Positions 63,844-64,000 of a stretch of 64,000 nucleotides of DNA are shown here, piece by piece. The position numbers and the translations under genes were made by a program. The notes beneath the pieces are model-generated. The model ran no database searches. It was not told where the DNA came from and saw only the letters and a list, made by a program, of their open reading frames with translations. The DNA lies in IMG/VR virus record IMGVR_UViG_3300023184_000047, positions 34,057 to 98,056 of that record; one strand, 5' to 3'. The stretch is from a virus (lineage: Duplodnaviria; Heunggongvirae; Uroviricota; Caudoviricetes). How positions within the stretch are numbered: the stretch's first letter is position 1; every line of letters begins with the position of its first letter.

Positions 63844-64000
63844 TAGACAAAAATGCAAATGTTATCAAGGATCCTAAGATCAAACGTATTGTAGAATACA
63901 GTGCTGATAACAAACAAATTAACGTTTTAGATCAGCGTTTTTACAGACGTGATGGAAAATACTACCCTTCTGTATCCAGCATCCTTAATTACTTTCCTAA
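63840..64000 (+). CDS. hypothetical protein, N-terminal fragment (runs off window)
   Basis: ATG overlaps the primase stop (TATGA). MIDKNANVIKDPKIKRIVEYSADNKQINVLDQRFYRRDGKYYPSVSSILNYFP... Confidence 0.35.
   Translation, partial: MIDKNANVIKDPKIKRIVEYSADNKQINVLDQRFYRRDGKYYPSVSSILNYFP

Noticed and set aside
3489-63917. Other short minus-strand ORFs from the track: 3489, 15018, 18145, 18744, 21524, 23159, 23408, 24035, 24444, 24710, 25725, 31738, 34955, 36060, 36321, 37677, 38551, 42866, 43903, 48965 and 63624
   Set aside because: Each is nested antisense inside a better-supported + strand gene or inside the repeat field. They are AT-rich low-complexity translations with no start context.
1-64000. 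CRISPR arrays, integrase or attachment sites, reverse transcriptase / DGR or retron
   Set aside because: No regularly spaced direct repeats with unique spacers were seen. No tyrosine or serine recombinase motifs and no RT motifs in any ORF. The repeat fields are iteron/T-tract type or in-frame protein repeats.

Overview
This window looks like a contiguous piece of a large, AT-rich (about 30% GC by eye) tailed dsDNA phage genome. Every credible gene is on the + strand. Small genes are tightly packed, and two families of conserved promoter-like motifs plus rho-independent terminators recur between them. A TTG-N19-TAnnTTT promoter architecture and the absence of Shine-Dalgarno sites (starts look like aaaGGTTATG or aaaGTTATG) suggest a Bacteroidetes or Flavobacteriia host; this is inference.

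In order along the window:
- 1..3145: a GDP-L-fucose biosynthesis and glycosyltransferase block (partial fcl, gmd, two glycosyltransferase-like genes).
- 3132..5760: small hypothetical genes.
- 6236..10236: an array of about 27 tRNA genes covering all 20 amino acids, with its own promoter. An HNH homing endonuclease interrupts it, and several members are aberrant.
- 12898..17155: an apparent RNA repair set, comprising a calcineurin-type phosphoesterase, a Pnk-like P-loop kinase and an Rnl2/DraRnl-type RNA ligase.
- 18089..18649: a glucosaminidase-type endolysin.
- 19316..23413: tandem families of small paralogous genes.
- 29140..32437: a cluster of small membrane proteins ending in an SPFH-domain protein.
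- 32693..33766 and 35122..35499: thymidylate synthase with an insertion, and a methylglyoxal synthase homologue.
- 36295..37080: a repeat-rich non-coding region of about 0.8 kb.
- 37085..41082: single-gene transcription units that reuse one terminator sequence and include several strongly acidic small proteins.
- 41103..41400: a GC-rich island of about 300 bp (about 65% GC) flanked by short inverted repeats.
- 43531..62376: the start of the virion structural module (gp25-like and gp6/J-like baseplate proteins, a 1540-aa fibre or baseplate protein, a protein with about 32 tandem 13-residue YSHAEG repeats, PT-rich linkers).
- 62391..64000: a GIY-YIG endonuclease, a Zn-ribbon/Toprim DNA primase and a partial downstream ORF.

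No CRISPR array, integrase or reverse transcriptase was seen.
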